This document shows, in pieces, positions 10,584 to 21,829 of a stretch of 64,000 bases of DNA. A model generated the notes under the pieces. It was not told the origin of the DNA. It made no database searches and saw nothing but the letters and a program-made list of their open reading frames with translations. The position numbers were made by a program, and so were the translations under genes. This DNA is from Candidatus Kryptoniota bacterium (GTDB lineage: Bacteria > Bacteroidota > Ignavibacteria > Kryptoniales > JAKASW01). The stretch is from the NCBI GenBank assembly GCA_024641705.1, contig JAHECO010000017.1, positions 16,168 to 80,167 on the forward strand, in the 5' to 3' direction. How positions within the stretch are numbered: the first letter of the stretch is position 1; every line of letters starts with the position of its first letter.

Positions 10584-10844
10584 TCACTCATCCGGGTAGC
10601 CCGGTGGTTTGTCGTCATCTTCCTCGAACGGAAAGAAAATCTCGCGCGCTTCGGGATTCCCCTTTTCCTTTATTGAAATCCCCTTCGGGTATATTTCAAG
10701 GTCCACTTTATCCTTCAAATACCCCGCGATGATCGCTGCAAAAAGTTCCTCTTCCTCCCTTCGCGTCATGCGCCGCGAAGGCACACCACTCTTTTCGTCA
10801 TCCATGACGTTCTCTCTTTCAGTTAGAATTGCGCCTATTTTCAC
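10584..10844 (-). CDS. Small acidic hypothetical protein
   Basis: Intergenic ORF with plausible composition; no motif. Confidence 0.5.
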   Translation of the reverse strand: MKIGAILTERENVMDDEKSGVPSRRMTRREEEELFAAIIAGYLKDKVDLEIYPKGISIKEKGNPEAREIFFPFEEDDDKPPGYPDE

Positions 10845-10957
10845 TCTTCCTGAGTGTTCTACTAGTTCTTATCGGTAGAGGGTGGTGTAAACTTTACCGG
10901 CAAAATGCGCACTGCTACTCAATCAGATCATGAAACCCGCGAGGAAGTGAGTCGAAG

Positions 10958-11644
10958 TTATCGCCGGTGGAGTCGCAACTTAGCGGCTTTGAACACCGAT
11001 TCGAACATCGGCCTCGTCAGCCTCCCCGTGAATGTGTTCTGCTGACTGGGATGATACGACGCGAGGAGGGTAAGCCGGTCGTTTACTTTGACGACCCCGC
11101 CGTGGGCGAACCGGGGCGTCTTCCTGAAATGCACCTTTCCCGTCTCTTTGAGCGCGCCGATCGTGCGGTCGAACGCCAGCTTGCCGAGCGCAATGACGAT
11201 GCGAATTTCCGAGAGGATCGAAAGTTCTTCCAAAAGGTAAGGGCGGCAATTTGCGATCTCCTCCGCCAGGAGTTTGTTCTGCGGAGGCGCACACCTTGCG
11301 ACTGCGGTGATGTAGCAATCTGTAAGCGTGAGGCCGTCGTCGGCGGAAAGGGAATTCTCGACGTTTGAAAATCCAAATTTGTGAAGTGCCCTGTAGAGCC
11401 ACTCTCCGCTCCTGTCGCCGGTGAACATGCGTCCGGTTCTGTTGGCGCCGTGAGCGGCAGGGGCCAATCCTACTATCAGCAGCCTGGCTTTCGGGTCGCC
11501 GAATCCCGGGACCGGTTTGCCCCAGTAGGTCTGATCCGAGAACCGTTTCACCTTCTCTCTCGCGACTTGCTCCCGCCACTCGACGAGCCGCGGACACTTC
11601 CGGCAAGCCGCGATTGAGGCATTGAGACTCGTGATTGGATCCAT
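10958..11644 (-). CDS. udgB: Uracil-DNA glycosylase family 5 (4Fe-4S)
   Basis: CRKCPRL, GLAPAAHGANRTGRMFTGD, YHPSQQN. Confidence 0.92.
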   Translation of the reverse strand: MDPITSLNASIAACRKCPRLVEWREQVAREKVKRFSDQTYWGKPVPGFGDPKARLLIVGLAPAAHGANRTGRMFTGDRSGEWLYRALHKFGFSNVENSLSADDGLTLTDCYITAVARCAPPQNKLLAEEIANCRPYLLEELSILSEIRIVIALGKLAFDRTIGALKETGKVHFRKTPRFAHGGVVKVNDRLTLLASYHPSQQNTFTGRLTRPMFESVFKAAKLRLHRR

Positions 11645-12024
11645 TTTTTGTTCCAGAGTTTTCGATCAAATAATCACCCACGCCCCGCATTGAAGCACTG
11701 TGGGGAAGGCTCAAACCTCTCCTAATAGAAGAGGACCCTCATTCTATTGCTGGACAGGTGTGTGAAAGGCATGGACTCATTGAGGTGAGGTCGGTTTCTT
11801 TCGTCGCCTATCCGCCACAGACTGACGAACTGAAAATCCCTGTCAATGTCTTCTCGGATCTCCCTTTGTTCCGTAAGTGATGCGGTCAGTTTTACAGACC
11901 TCACCCTAACCCTCTCCTTTGAGGAAAGAGGGCTGAAGGAGATAAATTGTTTCTGAATTCTCGGAGACATGGCAGTAAGTCGTTCTATCGACGATAGTGG
12001 AAGACATTTGTGCTCGATGCAGGT

Positions 12025-13122
12025 TTACACGCTGAATCTTACGACGACTATGTCGCCGTCGCGGACGAGGTAGTCTTTTCCTTCGACGTGGAGAAGCCCC
12101 GCATCTTTCACCGCCTGTTCGGATCCGAGCTTGATCAGGTCGTCGTACTTGATAACCTCCATCCGTATGAACCCTTTTTCGAAGTCGGTGTGGATCCTGG
12201 CGGAGGCGCGCGGAGCCGGGGTGTTGGCCTGGACGGTCCAGGCGTGTACTTCCTTCGGGCCGGCGGTGAAGAACGTCACCAGGTCGAGAAGGGCATATCC
12301 TTCATGTATCACCCGCTCGAGCCCGGATTCCGACAAACCCAAATCCGAGAGGAACACGGCCCTTTCATCGCTTGCGAGCTGCGAGAGCTCGGCTTCTATC
12401 TTTCCCGAAACCACGACGACTCTCGCTCCCTCTCGCGAGGCGATTTTCTTGACGGCTTCGACATACTTGTTCCCGGTTTTGACGTTAGCTTCGTCGACAT
12501 TTGCGATGTACATGACGGGCTTGTCGGTAAGGAGATGGAGCTGTCGGACGTATTCGTGGTGGAGCTCGTCCTCGTATGTCATGTACTTGGCGAGTCTTCC
12601 GGAATTGAGATGCTCGTTCAGCCGGACGTAGACATCGTACTCTTCCTTGAGCTTCTTATCGCCGGACCGGGCCCTGCCTTCGGTCTCTCTGATCTTCCTC
12701 TGAAGGGTGTCGAGGTCTTTGATTATGAGCTCTGTCTCGACGATTTCGATGTCGCTCTTGGGGTCTACCGCACCGTCGACATGGACGACGTTGGGATCGT
12801 CGAAACACCTGACAACATGTGCGACGGCATCCACCTCGCGGATATGTCCCAGGAACTGGTTGCCGAGTCCTTCGCCCTTGCTTGCGCCTTTCACGAGGCC
12901 GGCAATGTCGACAAACTCGATCGTTGTTGGGATGATTTTCTGTGTCTCGTACAGCGCCGCAAGTTTGTCGAGCCGTCCGTCGGGGACCGGCACTATACCC
13001 ACGTTCGGTTCTATTGTGCAGAAAGGATAATTCTCAGCCGCGATGCCGGCCGCCGTGAGCGCGTTGAATATCGTCGATTTTCCTACGTTCGGTAACCCTA
13101 TGATGCCGCAGTTGAAACCCAT
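12025..13122 (-). CDS. ychF: Ribosome-binding ATPase YchF
   Basis: GLPNVGKST, NYPFCTIEPN, DIAGLVKGASKGEGLGNQFL. Confidence 0.98.
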   Translation of the reverse strand: MGFNCGIIGLPNVGKSTIFNALTAAGIAAENYPFCTIEPNVGIVPVPDGRLDKLAALYETQKIIPTTIEFVDIAGLVKGASKGEGLGNQFLGHIREVDAVAHVVRCFDDPNVVHVDGAVDPKSDIEIVETELIIKDLDTLQRKIRETEGRARSGDKKLKEEYDVYVRLNEHLNSGRLAKYMTYEDELHHEYVRQLHLLTDKPVMYIANVDEANVKTGNKYVEAVKKIASREGARVVVVSGKIEAELSQLASDERAVFLSDLGLSESGLERVIHEGYALLDLVTFFTAGPKEVHAWTVQANTPAPRASARIHTDFEKGFIRMEVIKYDDLIKLGSEQAVKDAGLLHVEGKDYLVRDGDIVVVRFSV

Positions 13123-13167
13123 TATCTAGTCCACAAGTATATTTTTGTCGATTGTAAGATCACAATG

Positions 13168-13301
13168 AAATTCTAAATCCGAATATCCAAACCCTAAACA
13201 AATGCCAATCATCGAAAACCCGAATTACGCCAAACATGCAACACGTGCCTTTTGAACATTTGAATTTTGACATTGTTTAGAGTTTAGGGTTTAGAATTTT
13301 C
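13168..13301. repeat. Degenerate ~7-nt periodic arrays in inverted orientation
   Basis: aaattctaaatccgaatatccaaaccctaaac ... gtttagagtttagggtttagaattt. Confidence 0.6.
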
Positions 13302-13379
13302 CCCTCAAAGGGGATTGTATTTGAAAAATTGGTCGCCAAATTGAACGAACAGAACAAAATGGAGGGAGGGATCCGTGCT

Positions 13380-13991
13380 TCAATACGTGGGACGAAAAGT
13401 GTCCAGGTCGAGGTCGTCGTCTTCGTCGAGGCCGAGGTCGTCCAGGTTCTCTATGTCTTCAAGCCTGATCGTTTCGCCGTCCACGTCCGTGTCAGTCAGG
13501 AACTCTGACTTGAACCCGATTTCTTTGAGGCGTTTTGCAAGCGGATCCAGGTAGGCGCGCGGCGACTTATGCGAGCTTGCTCTTTTCACCTGTGCCAGAA
13601 CCTGTTTCACAATTTCTATCAACTCTCCGTCGCTCAGTTCAAGCTCCAGTTCCTCGACCGCGCCGGTGATCCTGTTGACTATGTTTATGTGCATCATGTC
13701 CGATTCGTTGTCCGAGCCTTCTTTCAGTTTCTCAGCGTAGACGCCGAACGTGTTTTCCTTGATCACCTTCACAAAGCTCGAGAGCGAATCGATAACGTAT
13801 GAATCCTTCAGCTTATCGCCCTGCCCCTCGAAAATCTTGTCGACCTCGTATATGCCGACTTCAATTTCGAATGCCAGCTGTCGCCTGTCGACTCCCTTGT
13901 GGCTCTCTTTCTCGTGCGGGTGTTTCCGCGGCGCGTGCTGGGTCGCCTTCTCCTTAGTATGCTTCGGCGGATGCTTCTTGTTCTGCTTCAT
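13380..13991 (-). CDS. Hypothetical protein
   Basis: 203-aa ORF with basic N-terminus and acidic C-terminus; co-oriented with neighbours. Confidence 0.7.
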   Translation of the reverse strand: MKQNKKHPPKHTKEKATQHAPRKHPHEKESHKGVDRRQLAFEIEVGIYEVDKIFEGQGDKLKDSYVIDSLSSFVKVIKENTFGVYAEKLKEGSDNESDMMHINIVNRITGAVEELELELSDGELIEIVKQVLAQVKRASSHKSPRAYLDPLAKRLKEIGFKSEFLTDTDVDGETIRLEDIENLDDLGLDEDDDLDLDTFRPTY

Positions 13992-14028
13992 ACGCCTAAA
14001 AATTCAAAAAGAAACAACAAAAAGCAAA

Positions 14029-15231
14029 CTATTCGGACGCCACCAGATCCCCGGGTGGATTCTCCTTGACGGGTCTGGGGACTCTGTACGCCAGCACGAG
14101 GGCGACAAGAAGCATAAGACTTCCCGTATAGAACGGCCAGGATATTCCGATCGCGCCGATGATGAACCCGCCCCAGAAAGGTCCTATGACACGCGCGAGA
14201 CTCGTGAATGAAGACGAGACTCCAAGCACACTCCCGTGTCGTCCCTCACCGGCAAACTTCGAAATCAAGCTAGTCAGTGAAGGAGTGACCAGCGCGCTGC
14301 CGACTGCGAGGAGAGTGATCAGCGCTATTAGCGGAGCGAGCGTATGAGTCGCAGGTACAAACGTGAGTCCCAGGAGAAGTAGAGTCACGCCCGCGACCAT
14401 CAGCTTTCTCTCGCCGAATCTTTTCACGAGCCTGCCTGTGGCTCCTCCCTGTATCAGGATCCCGATAAGGCCTATGTACGCGAAGAGGTAGCCGTTCGCC
14501 TCCGCGCCGTAGTTGAAGACGTCGCCTGTGAAGAGCGGGAAAGCCACGTACAGGTTTGAGAAGGCGACGGTGTAGAAGAAGAAGACCATGACGAGGTTTG
14601 CTATTGCCGGGCGCCTGAACGCCTCCCGTATCACTGAGATGTTGAGGAAACTGACCCTGCGCACGTGCTGGGATTTTTCTTTCAGGGATTCCGGGAGCAT
14701 GTAGTAAGCCAGGATTACGTTGGTGAGCGAGAGGCCAGATGCCAGGAAGCCGGGGGCTCCGTAACTGATCCTGCTCATCACACCTCCGATAAACGGTCCG
14801 AGCATGAAGCCTACTCCGAAAGCCGCGCCGATCAGGCCCATGTACTTCGCGCGTTCCTCTAATGGCGTGGAGTCGGCGATGTATGCGTTCGCGGTGGAGA
14901 TGTTCGCTCCCATGAAGCCGGCAAGCATCCGCGAAACGAAGAGGACGGCAAGCGAACCTGCCAGGCCGAATATGAAATAAGAGATGAAGGAGCCGAACAC
15001 GCTCATGAGTATTATGGGGCGTCTGCCGATCCTGTCGGACAGCCGTCCCCAGAATGGAACGAAGAGGAACTGCATGAACGAATATGAAGCGGTGAGCAAT
15101 CCGATAACGGTCGGGGTCGCCCCGAAATACTGGGCGTAAAACGGCAAGAGCGGAATAATTATGCCGAATCCCAAGAGATCTATGAATACCGTGAGCAGTA
15201 CAATGTATACGGGAGTGCGTTTCATCATCAA
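14029..15231 (-). CDS. MFS transporter (TetA/DHA1-like)
   Basis: [26 protein letters not shown], about 12 TM segments. Confidence 0.92.
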   Translation of the reverse strand: MMMKRTPVYIVLLTVFIDLLGFGIIIPLLPFYAQYFGATPTVIGLLTASYSFMQFLFVPFWGRLSDRIGRRPIILMSVFGSFISYFIFGLAGSLAVLFVSRMLAGFMGANISTANAYIADSTPLEERAKYMGLIGAAFGVGFMLGPFIGGVMSRISYGAPGFLASGLSLTNVILAYYMLPESLKEKSQHVRRVSFLNISVIREAFRRPAIANLVMVFFFYTVAFSNLYVAFPLFTGDVFNYGAEANGYLFAYIGLIGILIQGGATGRLVKRFGERKLMVAGVTLLLLGLTFVPATHTLAPLIALITLLAVGSALVTPSLTSLISKFAGEGRHGSVLGVSSSFTSLARVIGPFWGGFIIGAIGISWPFYTGSLMLLVALVLAYRVPRPVKENPPGDLVASE

Positions 15232-15972
15232 TTAACCTAAGACTTCTCCTGGCTTGAGGGCCACAATTTTTGTTTTGACTGATTTCGGAAGGAGTTTCTT
15301 CAGCGCTTCCGGGCTGCCGCTGAGCGCGGGAAATGTACCGTAGTGCATGGGGATAACCATCTTCGGCTTCATGAGCTTCACGGCTTCTGCCGCCTCACGG
15401 GGGCTCATGGTATAGAATCCGCCGATGCACATCATTATGACCTGAGGCTTGTAGAGCCGGGCAATTGTTTTCATATCGGTGAAAAGGCCGGTGTCGCCGG
15501 TGTGGTAGATCGTATAGCCGTCCTCGAGCTTGATCACGAACCCGGCAGCCGTGCCCCCGTCGACGATCTTTTCTCCGTCGGAGATGCCGCTGCTGTGGAT
15601 GGCTTGGACCATCGTGAAGGTTAGCCCGTAAATTTCGAATGATCCCGAGGTGTTCATTCCGATGGCGTTGTCGTCGGGGAGGCCCTTGCCTTTCAGGTAT
15701 ACCGAGATCTCGAAATTGCTTATGACCTTCGAATTGAGGGTGGAGGCCATCTCGAGGGTGCTGCCCATATGGTCGAAGTGGCCGTGCGTCAGGACGATGA
15801 TATCGGCCCTTTCAGTCAGTTTGGCGTCGGGCGGGGCGACCGGGTTATCGAGCCAGGGGTCGATGTAGACGATCTTTCCCCCGGGTGTTTTTATCCTGAA
15901 GGCGGCGTGTCCAAGCCACCTGATCTCGAGGCCGTTTTTGAATACGTGCGTTTTGCCGGAACGTGTTTCCAT
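15232..15972 (-). CDS. Metallo-beta-lactamase-fold hydrolase
   Basis: WLGHAAF, THGHFDH, HTGDT, PMHYGTF. Confidence 0.9.
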   Translation of the reverse strand: METRSGKTHVFKNGLEIRWLGHAAFRIKTPGGKIVYIDPWLDNPVAPPDAKLTERADIIVLTHGHFDHMGSTLEMASTLNSKVISNFEISVYLKGKGLPDDNAIGMNTSGSFEIYGLTFTMVQAIHSSGISDGEKIVDGGTAAGFVIKLEDGYTIYHTGDTGLFTDMKTIARLYKPQVIMMCIGGFYTMSPREAAEAVKLMKPKMVIPMHYGTFPALSGSPEALKKLLPKSVKTKIVALKPGEVLG

Positions 15973-16023
15973 AATATCCTCCGTTTTTGTGGACGTCCGT
16001 GGGATGGACGGAGCCTGGTTCTC

Positions 16024-17034
16024 TTAGAGTTTCTCTATTATGGCGTCGGCCATTTCGTCGGTGCTGACGCAATGGTCCGGGTTGAGGTCTTTGGTTACCT
16101 TCCTGCCATCTTTTATAACGGCGGCGACGGCGTTTTCGATCCTGCGCGCGGCGTCGGACTCGCCGAGATGCTCCAGCATCATGGCCGACGCGAGGATGAT
16201 AGCCGCGGGGTTGGCGATTTTCTTGCCTGCGATGTCGGGAGCGCTTCCGTGCACGGCCTCGAATATCGCCGTGTCGTAGCCGAGGTTCGCTCCGGGGGCG
16301 ATTCCCAGCCCGCCGACCAGACCGGAAGCGAGGTCGGACAGAATATCACCGAACAAATTCGTGGTCACTATGACGTCGAACTGGTGTGGGTTGATCACCA
16401 TTTGCATGGCCATATTGTCGATGATCTTGTCGTTCATCTCGATTTCCGGATATTCCTTTGCCATGCTGCGTGCCGTGTCGAGGAAGAGACCGCTCGTGTA
16501 TTTCAGTATGTTGGCCTTGTGGACCACGGTGACCTTCTTCCTCCCGTGGCTCCTCGCGTAGTCGAAGGCGAACCGGATGATTCTCTCCGATCCTGTGCGC
16601 GTGACTATCCCTATGGTCTCGGCCGCACTCCTCTTGGCGTCGACGTAATGCTCGATGCCGCTGTAAAATTCTTCGGTGTTCTCCCGGACTATGACCAGGT
16701 CGACGTTCTGGTAGCGCGACCTCACGCCGTCGAAAGATTTCGCCGGACGAAGGTTGGAGTACAGCTCGAATTCTTTTCTTAGAGCGACATTGACGCTGCG
16801 AAAACCTGTGCCGATGGGAGTCGTCAGCGGTCCTTTGAGTGCGACTTTGTTCCTGGCAATTGAATCGATGACCGCTTGCGGAAGCGGGTCTTTGTATTTC
16901 TCGATCGCGCTCATGCCGGCTTCGTGGATGTCCCAGTCTATCTTGAGGCCTGTGGCCTCGATGACGCGCGTCGCCGCGCTGCTGATTTCCTTGCCGATTC
17001 CGTCCCCGGGGATGAGAGTGATGGTGTAGGGCAT
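16024..17034 (-). CDS. Isocitrate/isopropylmalate dehydrogenase family (NAD-IDH-like)
   Basis: IPGDGIG, VRENTE, HKANILK, NLFGDILSD, FEAVHGSAPDIAG. Confidence 0.92.
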   Translation of the reverse strand: MPYTITLIPGDGIGKEISSAATRVIEATGLKIDWDIHEAGMSAIEKYKDPLPQAVIDSIARNKVALKGPLTTPIGTGFRSVNVALRKEFELYSNLRPAKSFDGVRSRYQNVDLVIVRENTEEFYSGIEHYVDAKRSAAETIGIVTRTGSERIIRFAFDYARSHGRKKVTVVHKANILKYTSGLFLDTARSMAKEYPEIEMNDKIIDNMAMQMVINPHQFDVIVTTNLFGDILSDLASGLVGGLGIAPGANLGYDTAIFEAVHGSAPDIAGKKIANPAAIILASAMMLEHLGESDAARRIENAVAAVIKDGRKVTKDLNPDHCVSTDEMADAIIEKL

Positions 17035-17247
17035 GTTCTCCTGTAGAAATTTGTCTTAAAAAAATATACTGCGGTGCTCTGAAAAACAAACCATGGCGGT
17101 ACACACCGGGTACCACCTCTTCCATACAAAAGCCGAAGTAGGATAAAAGTTTCACGATTTCGCGCAGGCCAAAAGGCGCCGGTTGACACGACTGTCGCCG
17201 GCGGTATCCTCCGCATGGTTGGAATTCTCGCGGATAGCAGCGAGAGT

Positions 17248-18834
17248 CTACATGATCCTGAACACAAGTACTTCGCGACGGGACCCAGGATTGATATCTC
17301 CGATCAGGCGCAACGTGGAGGCGTAAAGTTTCCGGTCGGCCGGATTGAACAACGCGAGGAGTTGGGGACGGAGAACATTTATGACAGGCTTGTCGAGCAC
17401 GAGATAGCTGGCATGAGTTCTCTTTGCGTACTCGATAACGCCCGGAATGGATCTGAAGGGAATTTCCTCGTAGTTGTTCGGCCCAAGTCCGGCGAAGAAC
17501 GTCGAATAAGGCTTCTTGTCGAGTATTATGGTCGTGTCTGTCACGAGCGGCTTCAGGAATTCGCCGGCGGGTTTTTGCTCCGGGAACGGATTGGTTGGTG
17601 TTAACAGGAAGGGGAGCCCCGTCAACGACCCTGCCAGCATCAGCAGCACGGCCAACCATTTTATCTGCCTTGGGGCAAAGTTCGAGATCGCCGCCGCAGC
17701 CATTATTCCAATGAAGGGGATGTACGGGTAGACGAGTCTTTCAGGCAATGCCAGCCCCGTGAATATAGGAAGGACGAAGAATTCGGCAAGCCCCGCGATA
17801 AGGAACGTTCTCTTTTTCGATATGTACCATAAACAGAGAAGGATAGCGAGCGGGCCTATATATGTTATCAGGTTCGAGGACTCATCCAGCAGATTCGTCC
17901 CGTAATTGGAAAAGGTGGATTGGACAATGTCGGTGAACGTAGGAGGTTTTACCGGCCCTCCCTTCTTCATCTGTTCGTTGACGATCCAGTCGGTGCTGAT
18001 AACGCGGAAATTGCTCGTCTTGTTGGTGATTATCAGCTTTCCCGTTGTTAAGTACACAAGCGACACGAGCATGATGAAGACTACGGCAAATCCTCCGGTC
18101 ATCATGGCGAGCCGTCTGAGACTCTTTCTCCCTATCGCATCGATCAGGAGAAGCACCAGGAAGAAAACTGCCGCCTCCGGTCTCGTGAAATAGGCGGCGG
18201 CGGATGCGACTCCGCTGCCGATGAGTTCCCACTTGTGCGGTTCCTCCCTGAAGGTTCTGACATACAGGTATGCCGAAAGCATGATGAAGAAAAGATAAGT
18301 AGCTTCGGAGAGCGTCGCGGTTCCCAGCCGAAGTGATAACGGTGCGAAAGCAGTGAACGCGGATGCGAGCAGTGCCCACAACGTCGATGCGAAATGTTCA
18401 GCGATGAAAAAGACCAATATCACCGTGCCGAGTAGGAAGACCATCGAGACGACACGCGCCGCAAGAACCTCCGGAGAAACGATAGACCGGGCGATGATTA
18501 TGAAAAACGGGTAGACCGGGGGAAAGACGGAATCGAGGCTGTACCTCATGTAGTAGACGCCGTCCCAGGCGGGCAATACCTGTATGTCCTTGCATGCCCA
18601 CAGGACGGCGAGCATGGCCACCGATATTAGCGCAAGAGCCGAGAGCTTGTTTTCCTCCAGGAAGGAGCCGCCGTTCTTGACCTTGATGCCGCCTTTTTTC
18701 CCTTTTGCTTTATCCGATTCCGATCGTCTTTTCCTTGTCCCCACGATACGCCTTGTGCTGAAACGAATCGAGCATTTCTGTCCGATTTGATTGATAAGAT
18801 AATCCGCCCCACTACCAGGGGCTTCTGGATTCAA
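17248..18834 (-). CDS. Polytopic GT-C (ArnT/PMT-like) glycosyltransferase; start uncertain
   Basis: WDGVYY, PPVYP, LSEATY, TRPE motifs; many TM segments. Confidence 0.7.
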   Translation of the reverse strand: MNPEAPGSGADYLINQIGQKCSIRFSTRRIVGTRKRRSESDKAKGKKGGIKVKNGGSFLEENKLSALALISVAMLAVLWACKDIQVLPAWDGVYYMRYSLDSVFPPVYPFFIIIARSIVSPEVLAARVVSMVFLLGTVILVFFIAEHFASTLWALLASAFTAFAPLSLRLGTATLSEATYLFFIMLSAYLYVRTFREEPHKWELIGSGVASAAAYFTRPEAAVFFLVLLLIDAIGRKSLRRLAMMTGGFAVVFIMLVSLVYLTTGKLIITNKTSNFRVISTDWIVNEQMKKGGPVKPPTFTDIVQSTFSNYGTNLLDESSNLITYIGPLAILLCLWYISKKRTFLIAGLAEFFVLPIFTGLALPERLVYPYIPFIGIMAAAAISNFAPRQIKWLAVLLMLAGSLTGLPFLLTPTNPFPEQKPAGEFLKPLVTDTTIILDKKPYSTFFAGLGPNNYEEIPFRSIPGVIEYAKRTHASYLVLDKPVINVLRPQLLALFNPADRKLYASTLRLIGDINPGSRREVLVFRIM

Positions 18835-19075
18835 ATTACATTTGTTTGTCCCAGTGCCTAGCCGTTGTAACTAATTCTTGCTGTGAAGATAAGGTGTAAG
18901 CGATTTATTTTCACGTGGGGAAATCTCCGTGCTGCGGCTGCGCCGGTCTTGCTTCCCGGTCGGACCCTGTTTGCCCCATTCGTTCCCGAGGCACCGCCGC
19001 AGGCCCTTTTCATGACTTTGCTATTTCTTCTGATTCTCGTTAAATTTTGCAGTATTTTCTCGAAAGAAATCCCTA

Positions 19076-20392
19076 TTGGATTACGCTAATTACTACCACA
19101 TAATGCCTGACGGCACGACGAAGCAGGTGAGTCCGTTCACCGGGACCGAAGTCTGGGCTGTGCCCGGCAGGAGCAGCAAGCCTGTCTCGACGAGCAAGAC
19201 CATCCATCCGAAGAAGATCGAACAGAAGGAGAAGGAAGATTACTGCAGCTTCTGCGAGACTCGTTTTCTCGAGACTCCACCCGAGAAAGCCCGATTGATC
19301 AGACAGGGGAACACTTACCAGAAGACGGAATACCTGGCTCCGGAGAAGTACACGGAGACAACGCCGGTTTTCAGGCGTGTCCCCAACCTTTTCGAGATCG
19401 TCACGCTCGACTATTGGAGAAAGAATTACGGCTACAAGCTGACGCAGAAGCAGATGGAGTGGAGGGAGAGTTATCTCAGCAACCCCGTCGGGCTGCGGCA
19501 CATAATCGATATCATCAATTTCAAGATGAACCGTTTAGGCCGCTCATTCGAAGAAGTGGAGAGGGCGCCCCTCGAAGAGAAGCTCCACATGGCTGACTCA
19601 TTCTTCGGGGGAAGCCATGAGATAATAATAGCCCATAAGCATTACCGCCCCGATGCGAAATACGATAACGATTTGAGATCTTCCGGCGACCTGAGTCCCG
19701 ACGAGCATTACCAGTACATGCGTTTCACGATAGATTCGATGGTCGATATTTTCCGGACGAACAGGTACGCTCGGTATATAAGCATTTTCCAGAACTGGCT
19801 GAGTCCTGCGGGCGCTTCAGTCGACCACCTTCACAAACAGCTCGTGGCGCTGGACGAGTGGGGTGCGTCGATCAACGATCAGACCCGGATGGTGAGAGAA
19901 GACCCGAACTTCTTCAACGAGTACGGCCCGAACTTCGCGGGTCATCATAACCTCGTCTTTGCCGAGAACGAGTACGCGATTGCTTTCGTGGGCATCGGTC
20001 ACCGTTTTCCGACGATAGAGATCTTCTCGAAGTCCCAGGCCGCGCGTCCGCAGGAACACACCGAAGAAGAGATACGCGGCATGAGCGACCTACTGCACGC
20101 GGTTCACTCCGCGACGGGCCCGCTGATCTCCTGCAACGAGGAGTGGTATTACACTCCGATCGACTCCGTATACAAGATGCCGTGGCGCATTCTGATAAAG
20201 TGGCGGATCAACGTGCCCGCCGGATTCGAGGGCGGAACGAGCATTTACATTAATCCTATGACGCCGGTGGAGTTGCGCGACAAACTCGTACCGATCCTCT
20301 ATAAGCTGAGAGACGAGAAGAGAATAGAGTATATAAGGGTGGCGGAAGAGTGCAAACTTCAGCCGAACCCGTTGAAGTATTATTTAAAATGA
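19076..20392 (+). CDS. DUF4921-like / GalT-HIT superfamily protein
   Basis: MPDGTTKQVSPFTGTEVW, FQNWLSPAGASVDHLHKQ. Confidence 0.8.
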   Translation: MDYANYYHIMPDGTTKQVSPFTGTEVWAVPGRSSKPVSTSKTIHPKKIEQKEKEDYCSFCETRFLETPPEKARLIRQGNTYQKTEYLAPEKYTETTPVFRRVPNLFEIVTLDYWRKNYGYKLTQKQMEWRESYLSNPVGLRHIIDIINFKMNRLGRSFEEVERAPLEEKLHMADSFFGGSHEIIIAHKHYRPDAKYDNDLRSSGDLSPDEHYQYMRFTIDSMVDIFRTNRYARYISIFQNWLSPAGASVDHLHKQLVALDEWGASINDQTRMVREDPNFFNEYGPNFAGHHNLVFAENEYAIAFVGIGHRFPTIEIFSKSQAARPQEHTEEEIRGMSDLLHAVHSATGPLISCNEEWYYTPIDSVYKMPWRILIKWRINVPAGFEGGTSIYINPMTPVELRDKLVPILYKLRDEKRIEYIRVAEECKLQPNPLKYYLK

Positions 20393-20407
20393 ACGAAAGG
20401 AAAATCA

Positions 20408-20683
20408 ATGGCACAACATAAGTCTGCCGAGAAAAGAGCGCGTCAGAGCGCAGGCCGACGTACGGTGAACAAGGAACTGAAATCGAAGATGAAGACGGTC
20501 GTGAAGAATGCGCGCACGGAGAAGGATAAGGAGAAAGCACAGGCCGCTTTGAAGGAAGCGGTGGCGACGCTGGACAAGCTTTCGGCCAAGGGCATTATTC
20601 ACAAGAACAGGGCAGCTAACCAGAAGTCGAAGCTGACCAAGCTTGTGAACAAGCTCGCCAACCCGCCCGCCAAGGCGGCATAA
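20408..20683 (+). CDS. rpsT: 30S ribosomal protein S20
   Basis: MAQHKSAEKRARQ...KGIIHKNRAANQKSKL. Confidence 0.97.
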   Translation: MAQHKSAEKRARQSAGRRTVNKELKSKMKTVVKNARTEKDKEKAQAALKEAVATLDKLSAKGIIHKNRAANQKSKLTKLVNKLANPPAKAA

Positions 20684-20700
20684 AGCAGCGCGAAGGTAAC

Positions 20701-20724
20701 CGGGGGTATTCGCACCCCCGCTTG
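20701..20724 (+). terminator. Terminator-like hairpin after rpsT
   Basis: CGGGGGT-ATTCGC-ACCCCCG; weak U-tract. Confidence 0.5.
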
Positions 20725-20830
20725 TCGCGCGACGGATAGCGACAGTCTACACCCGCCCGAACGCAACGAATCAGTCCCCGAATTTGTTCTGTCAAAGGAA
20801 CCGGTATCTCAATTTTTAAGGAGTGAATCG

Positions 20831-21325
20831 ATGACGAAAGGTGATGTCTCCGAACTCTTTGAGTATAACCAATGGGCTAAAGAGAGGCTCCTGAAGTCTC
20901 TCGATGCGATGAAAGCCGAAGACCTGGCGAAAGACCTGCGTTCAAGTCACGGCGGCATTCACGGGACTCTGTTGCATATGGTGAACGCCGAAGGAATCTG
21001 GACGAGCAGGCTCGCGGGCGAACCTATCGCGCCGCTCAAGGGGGAAGAGATGAAGAGCCTGGACGACCTGCGGGCTAAATGGGATGAGTTTGACCGCAAG
21101 ACTGCCGATCTGATCTCGGGCTTTTCGGAAGAAGACCTTCAGTCGGAATTTGAGTACCAGAATTCAAAAGGGAACGGGTATCATCAACCGAGGGTATGGG
21201 CGTTCGTTCAGCTATTCAACCATTTCACCTATCATCGCGGTCAGATAGTGGCGATGCAGCGGCAGCTGGGGTATAAACCTGCCAATACGGATATCATAGG
21301 GTTCTACAGGGAAAAGAAAGGTTAG
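20831..21325 (+). CDS. DinB/YfiT family protein
   Basis: YNQWA, TLLHMVNAE, FNHFTYHRGQ. Confidence 0.9.
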   Translation: MTKGDVSELFEYNQWAKERLLKSLDAMKAEDLAKDLRSSHGGIHGTLLHMVNAEGIWTSRLAGEPIAPLKGEEMKSLDDLRAKWDEFDRKTADLISGFSEEDLQSEFEYQNSKGNGYHQPRVWAFVQLFNHFTYHRGQIVAMQRQLGYKPANTDIIGFYREKKG

Positions 21326-21380
21326 GAGACCACAGGATTTCGCAATTCGGATTTCGAAATTGAGTCAGGTGAAATGGTGT

Positions 21381-21827
21381 CTATTTTGGAAGACTGTCTC
21401 TCGGAACAAGAAGCCTTCCGGCGAACTCCCTGGCCTGTCACTCGGCCTTTCCCCAAAACCAACTCGGCATGGCTGCCTGCATATTCTTCCACTCCTCAAA
21501 GGTAACTGCGCGCAGTTTGGATATCACTGCCTTATGCAGGAGAAAGTGTCCGGCTTCGTGAGCGATTGAAAACCTTATATGTACATCAGGGGCCGAAGGG
21601 TCATAGTCGATTTCTTTCAGGTCTGCTGTTAGAAACGCCTCTGTACCAGCGAACTGTTTCAGGTCGGCTACCGGAACCATTCCAATCCCCAGTCCGCGCT
21701 CGACGATTAAATCCACGTCGACCGGTATTTTGTCTCCCCGGTGGTTTTGTCTCAGTTTGTCGGCCTCCTTCCAGATAGATTCCTTTGGCAGCCTCGGAAG
21801 GGGTAACTTAGAGAAATCGACTCCCAC
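21381..21827 (-). pseudogene. ImmA/IrrE metallopeptidase with in-frame TGA, truncated
   Basis: RFSIAHEAGH; after TGA 21438-21440 the frame continues QAREFAGRLLVP, matching the family ExQAxxFAxxLLxP motif. Confidence 0.8.
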
Positions 21828-21829
21828 AG

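Noticed and set aside
21438-21440. Selenocysteine at the in-frame TGA of immA
   Set aside because: The position is not a Cys site in the ExQA motif, the gene is also truncated, and it lies in a decayed element
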